A stretch of DNA of 63,948 nt, counting the filler, from Choristocarpus tenellus KU-1152 (lineage: Eukaryota; Protista; Phaeophyceae): the NCBI GenBank assembly GCA_964200185.2. It is 9 parts of 9 records of this genome, joined end to end, with 100 filler letters (N's around TTAATTAATTAA, not from the genome) between each part and the next. Parts side by side here need not be neighbours in the genome. Positions count along the whole stretch, not along the records: positions 1 to 4,748 come from CAXNAD020013221.1; positions 4,849 to 15,938 come from CAXNAD020002513.1; 7 more parts are not named here. One strand, written 5' to 3'. Shown in pieces: positions 1-13,254 of the stretch. The notes under the pieces are model-generated. The model was not told the DNA's origin, did no database searches, and was given only the letters and a program-made list of their open reading frames with translations. The translations under genes were made by a program, and so were the position numbers. Positions within the stretch are counted from its first letter, which is position 1. Each line of letters opens with the position of its first letter.

Positions 1-27
1 CCCCCCTCCCCCCAGATACTTTGGGTC
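1..27. mobile_element. MITE family B terminal fragment
   Basis: (C)nAGATACTTTGGGTC, same end as the copy ending at 63824. Confidence 0.75.
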
Positions 28-604
28 AGCACAGAAAATAATTTTGTTAGATCCGCAAAGCTCGAGAAATTAGGGACTTCTCGCCTACTTCATGAAGGCG
101 AAAACTGAAAATCATAGCATTTCGAAGAAGATCTGAAGACTTACCCACCCTTTTCTTTCTTCCAAACAAAAGCAACATGGAGATAATTCATTCAGGGAAG
201 GTGAGGAGGACAGGATGTAGGGTGTGAGGTACCTATGTAATACTGTTTGAACTTGAAGCGGTTTGGGGTTTGATCTCAGCAAGGTCAAATATACATTATC
301 ACAAGAAGATCACCAACCGAAGTTTTAACATGCACTTAGCTGTGCCCAACAAAGTACCAGCTTTTTGTAGCATTATGTACATGGGGTGAAGGTTAGTTGC
401 TCCTTCCACAATCTCACATGAAAACATAGGAGTTGTAACTCCTACTTTCAGCGCTGGTGTGTGGGCAACTGGCTTGCTGGTCCATTCCACGTTCAGCCTC
501 TAAGGAGCCTCCTTGTTCCCTGACTGGAACCCTCCCACAAAGCCATACCCCCGACAGCAAGTTCACCAAAACATTGCTTTTATTCACGGTACAACTAACC
601 TTCA

Positions 605-1109
605 GAGCCAAAGTATCTTTGAGGGTAGAGTCGCGTCCATTTGGGGGCCAAAATCCAATGTTACGATTGAGTGAAAGTATCTTAGAGGGTACGGTTTTGC
701 CCTGTTTGTCCTTTCGGGGCTTGACTTCCCACAGGTTTTTTATTCCATTTCACCTACTCAAAGATGTTTCAGAGGAGGTAAGATATCGATGTTATGAAAA
801 AGTGTGTCCAGAACAAGGATATTGACACTTCCTAATAAATACGATAGCCAAAATTACATCGAAATCGCAACATTGGATTTTGGCTCTCAAATGGACGGGG
901 CTCTACCTCTAAGATACTTTGACTCGATTTTGATGTAATTTTGGCTATCGTGTTTGTTAGGAAGTGTCAATATCCTTGTTCCAGGCATACACATGATACC
1001 TACTCAAAAATATTTAGGAATAGGAAAATGTAATAAAAAAACACGTGGAAAGCCAAGCCCCAAACGTACAAAAAGGGCAAAACTCGTACCCTCTAAGATA
1101 CTTTCACTC
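605..1109. mobile_element. MITE family A (host copy), interrupted by a second family-A copy
   Basis: TIRs GAGCCAAAGTATCTT...AAGATACTTTCACTC. Removing 669-929 restores TTACGATTTTGATG as in the intact copy at 26754. Confidence 0.9.
669..925. mobile_element. MITE family A nested in opposite orientation, TSD GATT
   Basis: GAGTGAAAGTATCTTAGAGGG...CCTCTAAGATACTTTGACTC flanked by GATT at 665-668 and 926-929. Confidence 0.93.
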
Positions 1110-1149
1110 TCACAATTGCCATGTGTAGGCCCTGTAGGCTGTGTATGTT

Positions 1150-1550
1150 ATGCCCTTCCTCCTGCTGCCGTGATAGACCGTACGCACTTTATCCCTTGAG
1201 CACTTAGGCTATAAAACAGGAGGAAAGCACCATACCCGTTGCTGTTGGTATCTTGCGGGTGCATGCTCCCAACATTCAAACCCATGCAGTGGTTCCAGAT
1301 GAACACATACGACCCTGCAAGTTGACACGAGTCACAGTCTACGGTGATGTTCATGCATGGCCCACCTGTTGTACATTTTTGTCTTTTTGTTAATGAGATG
1401 AACGTACTTATTCCTCCATTGCTTATTTGAAGGCATACATGCAGGAGGTCTTGTTGTTTTGGATGTCCATCTGAGATCCTTCATCGAGAGAGGTAATGCA
1501 TCCACGAACAAGCTCACAGGATCCACAGCATGTCTGTACGACACCAATCG
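1150..1550 (-). pseudogene. PIF/Harbinger-type DDE nuclease C-terminal remnant
   Basis: YNRW...MNITVDCD..QLAG.YVFIW resembles the FN..MS..RI.VE..FG....W motif; frameshifted. Confidence 0.35.
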
Positions 1551-3508
1551 ATCTCCTTTACGGTAGGGGTAAGGATGGGGAGGAGCAGGGGTAGTGAAAA
1601 ATGTGGATTAGACAAGAAAACTTGTCAGAGAAGCAGAAGACATTGTTGGTAGTGGGCCAATCAACATAACAATGCAAACTCAATGTGATGCAACTATACA
1701 TTTTTCTCCCCCAACAACTGCAACAAAGACACTGCACCTAAACTGCACTTGTAACAAACCTCCAAAGAAGTTCGAATATTTAGAAATATTTTCTCAACCC
1801 ATAGAGCAGTGTGAGGAGGAATTGTAACAACTCCGAGATAACTAACCTGGATGGATAATGTAGCAGTTTCGGTGCTCAAGAATGTAGATTAACGTTGAGG
1901 CCCTGAACGCCAGCCAGAACATATGTCACTGAATCACTTGTCCTTGGTTCATTTTTTTAAAGTGTGTGCTTCAGAGTTATTGCTACTGACCGAATCATTC
2001 TCACTTAATGAGGGCTCGAGGAATCAACAAATCGGCAACTGCTTTGTGATCCAAAGTTAAAACAGTTCAACAGATATGGGACACTCCTCTATATTCAGAA
2101 TTGTCTAACATTAAATATTCACTTTGATCTCACCTCTTGACATTTCTGATGATCCACTCTCACAAGATCCTCAGTCATTCAATCTCCACAGTTTTGTGCA
2201 AGCAGCCCAACCTTAATCTCGTCCTCTCGGTTTCGGTTCGTCTTGGTCCGTCTTGCCATTTGATTATCTTCACAACCCTTGCTTGAGTGAACTACGTCGC
2301 CAGAGAACCACTCGATTCATAATTGGACCAATTCAATCACTACAATTCACTACACTAGAAATGTACGACTACTGCAAAATGTGAGAAGGGGAACAAATGA
2401 CTGCCTTAACATAGGTGTGAGAGATTACTCCTTGGGAACACTCTGCAAACTTGCCCAACCTGCACTTGCATGCCAAGCACCTACAACCCTCCCTATCATA
2501 CACACAATAGTAAAAGAAAACCTTACCGTTCTTGCAACCCTCTATCCACTCGGTCTGGAAATGCTGATAGAGTAGATAGGTAATACAAGCGGCATAGTAG
2601 CAGGTGATTTGAGCTATAGCCATTTCTGTGCCTGAAACCAGAAAAAGTAAGTTTTTGTGAGGAAACAGGACGTATGTGGGACGAGTGTAAGAAGTACTCA
2701 ATGTCTGTATCCTACCTACCGCTATAATTTGGAGGATGCGGCATATCTACCACCTCAATTTAGGTCTTCAACCAAGCCATCAAAATTTGTGTGGTTATAC
2801 TTTTCGAGGTTATAACTTAATCTCAGAATAGACGTTAAGGGAAATGGATAACAGATTAATTTCTCTTCCAATTTCTTAAATGAAAATAATACATTCCTGC
2901 TCGATACCTCTATTTCCCCAAATCCAACATACATTAGAATTCAAAACGCCGTCTTACTGAGAAAGGGAAGTATGAAGTAACATGAGTTATGTGAGGGGGA
3001 GAATTCGTACCATGGAATACGCACATATGGTAAGCTGAGTGTTGGGAGAGATAATATATATATATATATTGAAGGTAGACGAAAAGTTAAGGACTGAGTC
3101 CAAAACAGAGAGGTAGGAGAGAAGTTAAAGAAATGAGTGGTAGGTGGAGACACAAGGTACAAAGGAACGGGGCAGAACTAGAGGCAAAGCTAAGGGTGGT
3201 GGTGCAGGACAACTAGAGCAAGACCAAAGCAACCTCCAAGCAATATTTCCCACCCACCCACTCTTTTGATTGCGCACGAATGAGTAGGATGATGGGGAAG
3301 GGGGGAAGAGGTCAAGTTCGGGCGGGTTAGATATCTTGTACTTCAAAAGCACGGTATTGAAGTGGATGATGGAGGAGTGTTCTTGGATAAATTTGTAATG
3401 TTCTGGAGTGGCATTGAGTGGTGTGGTGTAGAGGAAAGTGGTGGAAAGCGTTGTTGAGGAAGGTGGATGAATTCGTGGAAATTGGCCGCATTATTTTTTG
3501 ACTGGACA

Positions 3509-3700
3509 CTGGTGGCGATTAGTTGTACTGCTTGGTCACCAGATATGGCTGGTGACTGGAAATCAGTGGCGAAGATTGGTCGCACTGGTTGGTCATCGGA
3601 TATAGTAGGTGACTGGAAATCAGTGGCGACAGTTTGGTTGCACTGGTTGGTCACTGAAAATCAGTGGTGAAGATTGCTCGCACTGGTTGATCATCACTGG
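3509..3700. repeat. Degenerate tandem repeat, unit about 57 bp, 3-4 units
   Basis: GGTGACTGGAAATCAGTGGCGA at 3551 and 3608, with partial units on either side. Confidence 0.85.
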
Positions 3701-4625
3701 TGTTACAATGGTGAAGGAGGACTAGGACGGATGGAATCCTAAGACAAATCAAACCAATAATCCAGATTCATAAGCAAAGCAATAGAAGATATTCTGTACC
3801 CCCATTTCCTAATAACGTTAAATTGGAAGTCTCCCTTCGCACCTATTAATTACTTCGTTCTTCAAAATATACCACCACAAATACTTACAACCAACAAGAA
3901 TATAGTAGACATGTTGTGCATTCTCCTCCAAAAAAGATAATCATTCTTGGATCTATCTTAGGGAGGAGTACCTTCAAGAGTCTCACATAGGTTTTGCAAC
4001 CCTAGCGATTGGTGAATTGCTTGAAAGATCGCAACAAAAAAAAGATCATCTTGCGGTCAGTGCAGAAGTGAGTAAATTGGTTCCTAAAGGGTCAGGGTAC
4101 AGTGAGACCAGAAGTTGTGTCTCTTGCCAAAGTCCACATCCACTCTCCGATCTACGATCCGACCCTGATTTCTGCGGCGACTGGTGGTTGCTGCACTGGC
4201 TATGAAACCTCAATCTGGATCGGAGGATGTCATGGGTGAGGTAGGGCCCTGCGCTGATGGGAGTGCCTCCTGCTGCGAGAGGTTTCCAGGTGATTGAGAG
4301 GACTTGGCACATCCTGAATAACAGCAATCAAAGTAGAAGATATATTCTTCCATGCAAGGTCACACGATTATCCCCTCTCTTAGAGGGTGACATTTATTCA
4401 CGATTTGAAGAGCTGGCCCATTCGCCTCGTGCCTCAAATTGGTGAGTAGATCTCCTGAACCAGCAAGATGCTAATGTAGTCCATTTGGTGACAGAAGGTT
4501 CTCTGAAACCACCCATTTGGCAAGCAGAGATTCCCTACAACAGCTACATTGTCAAAGTATCTCGATAGGGTCTTCATATACCGCGCAAAGACAACTCACC
4601 TCCATGAAAAACAAAGGAGCCCCAG

Positions 4626-4746
4626 TGTTACAGGCGAATAGCGTGAGCTTTTCTTCTTGTATTTCAACGAAGTGCAAGCGTTTGTTACACGCGAATAGCG
4701 CGAGCATTTTCTTTTTATGTTTCAGCAAATACGAACATTTGTAACA
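4626..4746 (+). mobile_element. 5' part of a related LTR with a 57-bp tandem subrepeat
   Basis: TGTTACAGGCGAATAGCG at 4626 and TGTTACACGCGAATAGCG at 4683 match the LTR start at 42355. Confidence 0.6.
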
Positions 4747-4748
4747 GA

Positions 4749-4848
4749 NNNNNNNNNNNNNNNNNNNNNNNNNNNNNNNNNNNNNNNNNNNNTTAATTAA
4801 TTAANNNNNNNNNNNNNNNNNNNNNNNNNNNNNNNNNNNNNNNNNNNN
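4749..4848. other. Artificial contig linker N44-TTAATTAATTAA-N44 (also 15939-16038, 26604-26703, 40685-40784, 46187-46286, 50140-50239, 56247-56346, 59428-59527)
   Basis: Identical 100-nt spacer present eight times; the 12-mer puts stop codons in all six frames. Confidence 0.98.
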
Positions 4849-4907
4849 AGGTCGTTGGATTTGAGTTGTACATCCTGGAAGGTGAGCATTGAGGGGCGCC
4901 TGTAACA
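4849..4907 (+). mobile_element. 3' end of the same LTR family
   Basis: GGTCGTTGGATTTGAGTTG...ATCCTG...CCTGTAACA matches 42801-42858. Confidence 0.75.
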
Positions 4908-4956
4908 CCAACGGACAAATAAGGCAAAACTCGTACCCTCTAAGATAATTTCACTC
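4908..4956. mobile_element. MITE family A terminal fragment next to an LTR end
   Basis: GGACAAATAAGGCAAAACTCGTACCCTCTAAGATAATTTCACTC matches the family-A end. Confidence 0.8.
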
Positions 4957-5038
4957 CGAATCAAACAGGAGACCAGCCCTGCTAAGGTAGACAGATCAGT
5001 AGGTGGGAGGCTCGAGCAGATGTACGACGGCGAGAGAT

Positions 5039-5296
5039 GAGCCAAAGTATCTTACAGGGTAGAGCCGCGTCCATTTGTAGGTCAAAATCCAATGTTGCAA
5101 TTTTGATGTAATTTTGGCTATCATGTTTGTTAGGAGATGTCACTATTCTTGTTCCGGACACATCTTTTCATAACGTACACATTTCACCTACTCCGAAACA
5201 TTTTGGAGCAGGTAAAATGTCATTGAAAACCCATGGGAAGCCAAGCCCCAAATGGAAAACAGGGAAAAAATCGTACCCTCTAAGATATTTTCACTC
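5039..5296. mobile_element. MITE family A, complete, TSD AGAT
   Basis: Both TIRs present; AGAT at 5035-5038 and 5297-5300. Confidence 0.93.
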
Positions 5297-6469
5297 AGAT
5301 GGTACTCAAGCTGTGAGCATGTAAGGCTCGAGATGGTGAGTAGATGTGCAAAATGTAAGAGGACCACTAGCGGTGAAGAGCCTCAACTGGCTGGACCTAG
5401 CCCAATCCGTGACTGTTATTTCTAAAATTGTATTCGTATATTCGGTACATTTTTTTTCGTATTTATTACCGCTAGCACAACCGTAAGAATGGACGGATGT
5501 TTATCACTCAAGCTATATTCTGTGGTTTGCTGTGAAGCCTCGCAAATACATTAGAAGGGGTCGGCTGGAACAAATTTTATGTGACCAGACAAGCCCTCGG
5601 GTTACTTACAAACTCCTGTGCGGTGCTGACAGGTTTTTAATGAGTTATTGGAATGCAGGAAAGGTTGCACTATCACCAGAGCAGAAAAGCTTCAACTCGA
5701 ATTAATGATAAAGAATAATTACGGAATGGAGCAGCAAGTTGCAACAGGAAACAGAAGGCAAGGCGCAAACCACAAGCAGTCATCATCTGGTACTAATACG
5801 TTAATGTAACAAATAAAAGGGCAGTTGTGCCTAGAAAAAATTATCTAGATCCTTCAGGTTTGGTATCACCATCAACAGATTGCACTCACCTAACACCAAT
5901 GGTGATTGCAGAAGAGTACATTTTTTGTTGTTGTGAGTACAAGTTGGAAATCGAAGTGTGCAAATCAGTAACACCAAACGTGGCGATGCGAACACTCAGT
6001 CAAAGTGCATCCTTTCACAGGAAGAAATCAATCAGAGTGGTGGGATAGTCACCATCAGGTTCCTCACGAAGAATATATCCTGTTCGACATGTCAATGCCA
6101 ACAATCTGTCAAGCACAACCCTACCACAGGTCAAAACAGAAAATCATTCCACACGAATGGTAGTTGACACAATCGAGTAAGACGAACACGAGTTGCTACG
6201 AACTATTGACAATATGTCATATGTGCCGACTTTTCTCTGCTTACTTTTTTTTATGGCCGTTTATGTGATAGTATATATATGGAGTATGTGTATATATATG
6301 TATTACTATGTGCATTATTTTTTAAGATTGGGACTGCTAATAAACATTTTGATCTTTCATATTCATGACAATTGTTACTTTTACAGGAGTTCTTATGATA
6401 TTGAATGGCATTTTCCCTTCACAGATACACAAAGTGTGAGAGGAAATAATTATATATAATTAGGTTTAA

Positions 6470-7015
6470 AAAAACGACGAATACACTCCAATCAAAGTAC
6501 CAAAATTGAAAACAGTATCATTGCAGAGTTGCAATCTTTCTTTGGTTACAAGAAAAAAAAAACACTGTATCATCCCCAAGGAAATTCAGTGTTAGAGAGA
6601 GTACATGCTATGTTGCATTCTCTACTCGCAATATATATATATATATAAAAATCTGTTGCTGAGAATAACTGGACATCGTTACTGCCTTTCTTACAGTTAG
6701 CCCATAACACAACATTCAGTGCAAAGTTGCATGAAACTCCGTTTTTCCTTCTGTTTGGAAGACAAGCTCGTTTACCTGTTGATATTATCCTTGGTTCGTC
6801 TAATGCTGATTCAGATGTCACAACTGAAGAGTTTTCTCAGCGAACCAAAGATAATCTACAGCTTGCATTTGAGTTGGCACGCCGTAATCTCCATGAACAC
6901 ATTAAAAATCATGAGCGTGTCAACCAACGTCTCGTGTTCCCCGTTTTCGTACCTGGTGATCAAATTCTAGTCCATAAGCCACATGAGAGTAATGGTGATC
7001 CGAATCCAAGGTTAC
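6470..7015 (+). pseudogene. Ty3/Gypsy integrase remnant
   Basis: HPQGNSVLERVH...NWTSLLPFLQLAHNTT...ETPFFLLFGRQARLPVD...LELARRNL...FVPGDQILV; frameshifted by a (TA)n tract. Confidence 0.85.
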
Positions 7016-7274
7016 GAGTTGAAATATCTTAGGGGGTACGAATTTTGCCATGTTTGTCCATTTAGGGCTTGGCTTCCCATGGGTTTCTTAATGACATTTT
7101 TCCATTCCAACATGTTTCGGAGTAGGTCAAATGTATATGTTATGAAAAGGTATGTCTGGAACGAGGATACTGACACTTCCTAACAAACATGGTAGCCAAA
7201 ATTAAATCAAAATCGCAACATTGGATTTTGGCCCCCAAATGGACGCGGCCCTACCCTCTAAGATACTTTGACTC
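7016..7274. mobile_element. MITE family A, complete, inserted at the end of a Gypsy integrase remnant
   Basis: GAGTTGAAATATCTTAGGGGG...AAGATACTTTGACTC; no clean TSD. Confidence 0.88.
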
Positions 7275-8399
7275 ATTCATACTCGGCACTATTGAAACAT
7301 TCAGAATGTAGGGGGAGTTAGAATAATGTAGGATGGCTGATGTGTACCAGCAGTATGAAAAAGTGGAACAACACATTTGACATCGAAAGGTATCTTCACT
7401 CAAGTCTAAGAAAGGTCATGAGGGGTAAAGTATAGCAGATTCAACTGTGATTATATGCCCTGCCTGTGGCAAGTTATGCTTTGCTAACCTTTTCTATTGT
7501 GAAGTTGTGTATTTGGTTTTACTGTTTCTTCAGTGTTTCCCGACCTACACAAGTAGCCCTTACATATCATACCACATGTATGCCTTATCCTTACAATTTC
7601 TGGGGAAACAGAATCGGCAGGGCATCCCTAAATACTCTCATTGCTCACTCTCTCCTCCGGTTCTATGTCATCCTGTAGGGGTTCATTGGAGGAACAATAG
7701 AGATTTCCGGGAGCGTAGCACATGCTTGGATCGCCGATAAAAGTCGACCAATCGAATGATCTTTGCGGTTATTGCAGATACATGCGTAAGGGAAAGGTTG
7801 ACACTTCTTTTTTTTGCCAACAAGGGAATACGAAAAATCCTGTGCTCTAGAACTCATGGGGGTAAGCCCTTGTGAGAAAGATGTTGCATGACGAAGGGAT
7901 CAAGTACATAGCCCCAGGGAATGTAGTCTGGGCAGTGTGGGTCAATATACTAATCTTATCCGCTACTGGTTCATCCTTGCAAGGGTCGCAGCAGTGAGGC
8001 TGACCTCCACACTTTCCAACTTCAAAACTGTGTTAGACTTATGTGACAACTCGGACTTGAATGTAGAAGTCATGGATATCGAACTTGCAGTCCTCCTTGT
8101 ACTCGTCATCTTCGGCCAACGCTTGATAGAGGGTCCGGTCCGGGTTACGTTGAAGGCCGTTTCCCGGGCATTGTGAAACCACCCTTGTGTTCAAGCCAAC
8201 CGCCAAGAGTATATTAGCCCTTTTGACACAGGTCAGGATCGTTAGGGATATTGGATAATCCTTCTTCTCAACCTGCGCTTCGCTGGTGCTTTATTTCTCG
8301 AAGTCGTCTCGCCTTTCTGACCAGGGTTAACAACGTTTTGAGTTGATTGCGCTTCCTTCTTATCCATCATTTTGGCGTGACCCCACATCTCTGTTCACC

Positions 8400-9500
8400 C
8401 CCCAACACAGATCGGCGTGAGTACCACAGTTAAGGGGTCGGGTTCTGTGTGATGGGGAGTGATGAAAATCACCAGAGATGAGGTTCAGAAAGGAAGTTAG
8501 AGACAAGGGTGAGGCAGCATGCTGGGCCATGTGGATCAATCTCCACTGTGATCAATTGTGACCAACCAAGGTTAGGTGGTTTTGACACCCCTCTTCATGT
8601 TGGGACTAGCGTGAGCCAACCACACCCTCAATCGTAACGTAGCGCGCGCAAATATGCACGAATTCGCGCATTATCCTCATCATTTTCAGCATATAATAAT
8701 GACCTATCCCAGAATGGTCTACATGAAAGCCAACTTCAAACTGTAGAAACCCCACAAAAATCTATCCTCTCCTCAAATGATTCTAATCAACCAGTACTCC
8801 CATGTCAGTCCAAGGGGAAACGTCCTTGGTCCCAGAACTCATCTCTCTACCATGGGCCATCCTCGAGAGCTCGATCCTCTTTCTAAATACCCCAGAATTC
8901 GGTCAACTCATATTTACCTGCAGAGATCTCCAACCTCTTCAGGATAGTGCAAGTTTTTGGCATCAAACGTCCCTGATCTTTGGGGCTCACCTTGAATCTA
9001 TCCAGGCGAGTGCGCTTCTCATATCTAATTCCATACTCAATAACTCTGCCAGAGAGTCCATTATTTCATATTGATCATATTCTGCTTGGTGGAAAAGATT
9101 CCAAGTACTAAGGTATAGCGCGGTGAATATATCAACTTTCACAAAAATGGTCTGCACGACCCCTCACCGAATCAGAAGTAAATGTGACTTGTGCTCTAGA
9201 CTAGACACATTTTCCTTACAATCTTTCGACCTACGTCGCCAAGGTCCATTTTGGCATCAATGTTCACCTTCAACTTGTGATGATCCTTGTCCGCAAAGTT
9301 CCCCTACAAGTATACCTGCAGGAAGATGTTCAAAGCGGCGTCGCCAGAATCAACTAAGCGGGCTCCTCTAAAAACTTTGGTCGGTCTTGGTTCCACTGTG
9401 CCACGAGGGTTGATGGAGATGAAGCAAGAGAAGTTTAACCTACTTCGAAGATGTGAAGCGGTCTCGAGTCAAGATCACGCAAATGAGGTGAATTCTTGAG
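8400..9500 (-). mobile_element. Decayed Gypsy-like 3' region: integrase tail, PPT and LTR start
   Basis: On the minus strand the purine tract GAAGAGGGG is directly followed by TGTCA at 8587; weak upstream PKWT-like integrase-tail motif. Confidence 0.35.
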
Positions 9501-11599
9501 GAGAGCATTTCCATCTCTGTAGTATTGGATTAGAGGAGGTGACTGCTTCAAATAAAAATAGGAAGATTGAATTTGTGGTATTTTTGACATTTATTTCGTC
9601 AGAGGCTGCAATGAAGGAGAAGTGATGATGTTTATAGAGTGAAGGGGCTGAGTTTGTAGCCGTACTCTATGGAATGAGGTACATAAGGGTTAGTGTTTTA
9701 AGTCTAGATCTGGTAAGGCTCGGTGAAGAAGTACACCGCGATGTATTCTGAAGTATACAGTCAGTCAGGATCTCTTAATTCTTTTGCTACCATGTCAAAG
9801 GGCATGTCTGTCACGTATTGAGTGTACAATAGCGATTCTCTCTATCCCCCCACTGAAATTGGCTGCTCTTGTCAACACACATTTGAAGCAGTCTGGAGCA
9901 AACACCCTGGAAATATCACTATGCCGTATGTACGGGGAGAGGGATGGAATGACAAGGCTGACGGGGCGTGCTGGGGAGGAATGTCAACAAATGTGGTGCG
10001 ATGGAGATGTGGAAGGCGTGCTTGTTTTTGTTTTGTGCTTGTCAGGGGGCTGCCTCCAGGGTGTTTGATCCCGCTTGTGAATTGTTTAGGCTGTTGTTGA
10101 GGGACTCTCTAAGCTTGTTTTTTCAAGTGTTTGTGAGTTTGAGCCCGTACAACATATTTTGCTTAATTTCAACTACAATACCAAAAGATTTTTTGTTTGT
10201 GCTGTTTGTGACGTTTTTTTCCAGATAAAGAATGTAAGGGGGACTTGCAAAGGTTTTGTTGTTTTGCCTGAAGATCTTATGAGAGTGCAAGATCACCTCC
10301 TTGTAGTAATTGCAGAGCTTGTGCATATTATTTCTTTATGACTCTTCTATTGATCACGTAGCATGGTTAGTTACCTGCAAATTTTTTAGAATGATTTTTT
10401 TTTTCAAGTGCAATGTACTGATGTGAAGTGTTTTTTGCTTGCAGTACATTGCTGTTATACCATATATTATATTCTTTTTTTCACATTCTTACCAATTGTG
10501 CAGACGGTTTTATTCCACGTCCCTTCAATTTTGCAGCTACATGCAAGAGCTTTCTATTGTAGCCACATACACACACACCGCCATCAAAAGATGAAGAAGT
10601 ATTGTAGTCAGTTCAGGGGACCCCCCCACTTTGTGTTGAAGAAAATTTTGGGATATTAAACATAAAACTGACCCTGTCTCTTGTGTCATCGCAAGATGGC
10701 TTTGATGCTGCCGACTCCGACAAGTATAGTGAAGAGTGTATCAATCCTTCATGGTTCTGATTCACTTGTTTTGTCTATCCCCCCCTCCCAAAAATAACAT
10801 CACTCTCCTTTTCCCAATGATGACCCTAACCAGCGGGTGTGGTTTTATGCGAACGTGCTATTGGTCAAGCGCTCCGTCTCCCAGGGCCGATTGTAATGAT
10901 TGGTTAGAATACTCCATGGTGAGACAGAAGAAGTTGGTTCTGAGGACTCTGGAGTGCTCTGAATGACCCTCTCTTTCTTACTTCCAGTTCGAAAATGGTT
11001 CCACCAAAGGGTGATTCAAAGGCAAATATCAGGTTGCTGTTGCCGATCCTCCTCACAGAAAAGCCCAAATGCGATTTTATGTTGATCATATTGGTTGATA
11101 CGATGAAAGCTGTCCTCCCAAATCCCTGGTTTTGCTCATGGATGTCCCAAGTATGTATGGTGAGAAGGGAATGACCAAGTACACAAGCCTCAAAATGCTT
11201 GAAGAATAGACCAATTGAATATATACTTATTTATAGTGGAGACCTAATTTAGGTGTGTGGTGGCAAAAAATTGGAGCAACAGATCCTCCGCTCAGGTGTG
11301 GGACCCTTACACCTAAGTTAGGTGTGAGAGTCCCTTCCTCTGCTAGGGCAACCTAGCCACCCCCGGCTGCAGAAGAGATGCTATTACCGTTTACGGAAAT
11401 TTGACCCTGGTTCCAATCTTTTGCTTGTACAGCTTTCGTTGGGTACCCCTCATGGGGTGTAGCGTATGATCTTGATGCCTCAAAGCTTTTTTTGTCAATC
11501 CAATTCTGGCATGTCACATGGCTACATTTTCGATTCTTTTGTCAGACCTCAAGTATTTGGTTGAGTTGTAGATAGAAAATGTTGTGCCAGGCATTAATG

Positions 11600-12921
11600 T
11601 TATTAAGTAGGTGCAGCTAATGCAAGGAAGAATCTGTCCTCAATGGGCTTGTGGATATCTCCATTTGTTCTCATTTTGAGGGTGAGGTAGAGTGTTTGCT
11701 TTCCATATGTAGCTGCAAGCACACTGCTGTAGAGCAAAGAAATGTCACTGCCTGCTGCAGAGTAGTAGGCAAGTCAATCACACCTTTTTTTAAATCTAAA
11801 CATGAAAAGAAGATTGCATATTTGTAGCTCCCAATAGCAAAGCCAAATCGAGATAATGCTTTTCCAATTGGGTCAAATTGAAGAAAGGTACAAGTACCGA
11901 TAATACTCCCGTAATGCTTTCACAAGGTCCCCTCAATCCTCAGGTAGTACACATCTGTCAGACCATGACATTGGTAGACTATCACTTGTTATGGAAGCTA
12001 CGTGTATGGATTGAGGGGATTATGGCGGTCTGAATTTTCTCTGTGATCAACACTGCTGTTTGAATGTGTGTATGTGTGTGTGTGTGTACCACAACTGTGA
12101 TGCCTAGTATGTGTTTTTTGAACATACCTCGGTGTGGGAGCTGTGTTTCGAAAGACTAGTTGGGGTCATAGGTGTTGACCATTCGGTTCTTGGTGAAGTG
12201 TAGCTGTAAGTTATGTTTGAATGTGCTCGATGTGCACGTTACCCCACTCACAGGTGGATGTTTTATCTGTGGTGACTGGTTTTGTGGTGAGGCCATACAC
12301 TGCTTGTTGGCAGCCTGAATGCCCCACATATAGTCCAAAGAGGGTACAGCTTCAGTTGATACACAGGGAAGTTAATGGGGGCAAGCCGTACTATGAGAGC
12401 GAGGAGTACCCTGTCAATGAGGAGATTGAGGTAGGTGGGATAGGGTTGACAGGTTGGGGGGGGGGGAAGTACATCCAGAGAGCTCCTTGACTCCTTGCGT
12501 GGACTTGTTCTCTCTGAACACAGATCAAAAGGTTGTGTGTGTGTGTGTTGGTGTGTTGATATATTTGGTTGTTCAATTGTTTTCTTTATGTTGATGCTTT
12601 TGGTGAGAAATGCCGAGTAATTTTCTATATTGAAGGGTTTTCTTTGCAGAGTGTGAGGAAGAGATGAACTCTCTCCTTTTGCTTTCTGTTACATTGTTTG
12701 AGGACTTCACATCTGCCGACTATATAGCGCAGTGTTCCTGTGCAGCAACGGAAACAAGAGGGACTGTGTGTATGCTTTGGCTGTGTGCAGGATAGGAAGT
12801 TGCCATCATCATCATTGCATTCTTGATGTGTTGCTAGCGCAAGAGAGTCACACCAATGTTGTTGACAGGAAAAGGGCATTTTGGTACAGATGTGGATTTC
12901 TACACCTCATTGATGTGCTAC

Positions 12922-12963
<42 letters not shown>

Positions 12964-13135
12964 TTACTTATTTTTGAAAAAATATCATGCCATGTCCCTT
13001 ACTGGTCAGACTTCCACAATTCTGCTGGAAACAAAGTGAGAGGGGCAGGAGAGGCCCAAAGGCGTTTTTCCTGTAGGTATCACTGACCACTTCTGGAACG
13101 TTAGAATGTTGCTCCGTAAGAGCCGGAGTCTGCTT
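11600..13135 (+). pseudogene. Decayed KDZ (Kyakuja-Dileera-Zisupton)/CxC-type transposase-like region with a Ulp1-like His motif at its 3' end
   Basis: Interrupted Cys-rich pieces: CSMCTLPHSQVDVL (about 12220), CHHHHCILDVLLAQES (about 12800, resembling KDZ C.H......M..ES) and GVFPVGITDHFWNVRMLL (13061-13114). Many stops and frameshifts. Confidence 0.3.
12929..12959. repeat. (TA)n microsatellite
   Basis: Read directly. Confidence 0.9.
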
Positions 13136-13254
13136 GTATGTATCAAAATCCAGAAGGATGAAACTGTTGTAGTGGTGGAGTGATTCCACCCGTGTCTCTG
13201 CTCCTCCCCCAGCTGCCAATGCCTTGCTTTATTTTCCATCTCATGTTTTAACAG

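Noticed and set aside
457-825. Recurring short ORFs with SESILEG / LGSVNILV / KPSPK motifs (also 954, 5127, 26842, 47585, 59575)
   Set aside because: Chance translations of non-coding MITE A; frames and stops are not conserved between copies.
3509-3700. CRISPR-like array (also considered for 51634-51770 and 22762-22985)
   Set aside because: Whole units are repeated with no unique spacers, no cas genes, and the context is eukaryotic.
4626-4907. LTR 5' part and LTR 3' part on either side of a linker forming one solo LTR
   Set aside because: Contigs are joined artificially and the flanks give no matching TSD.
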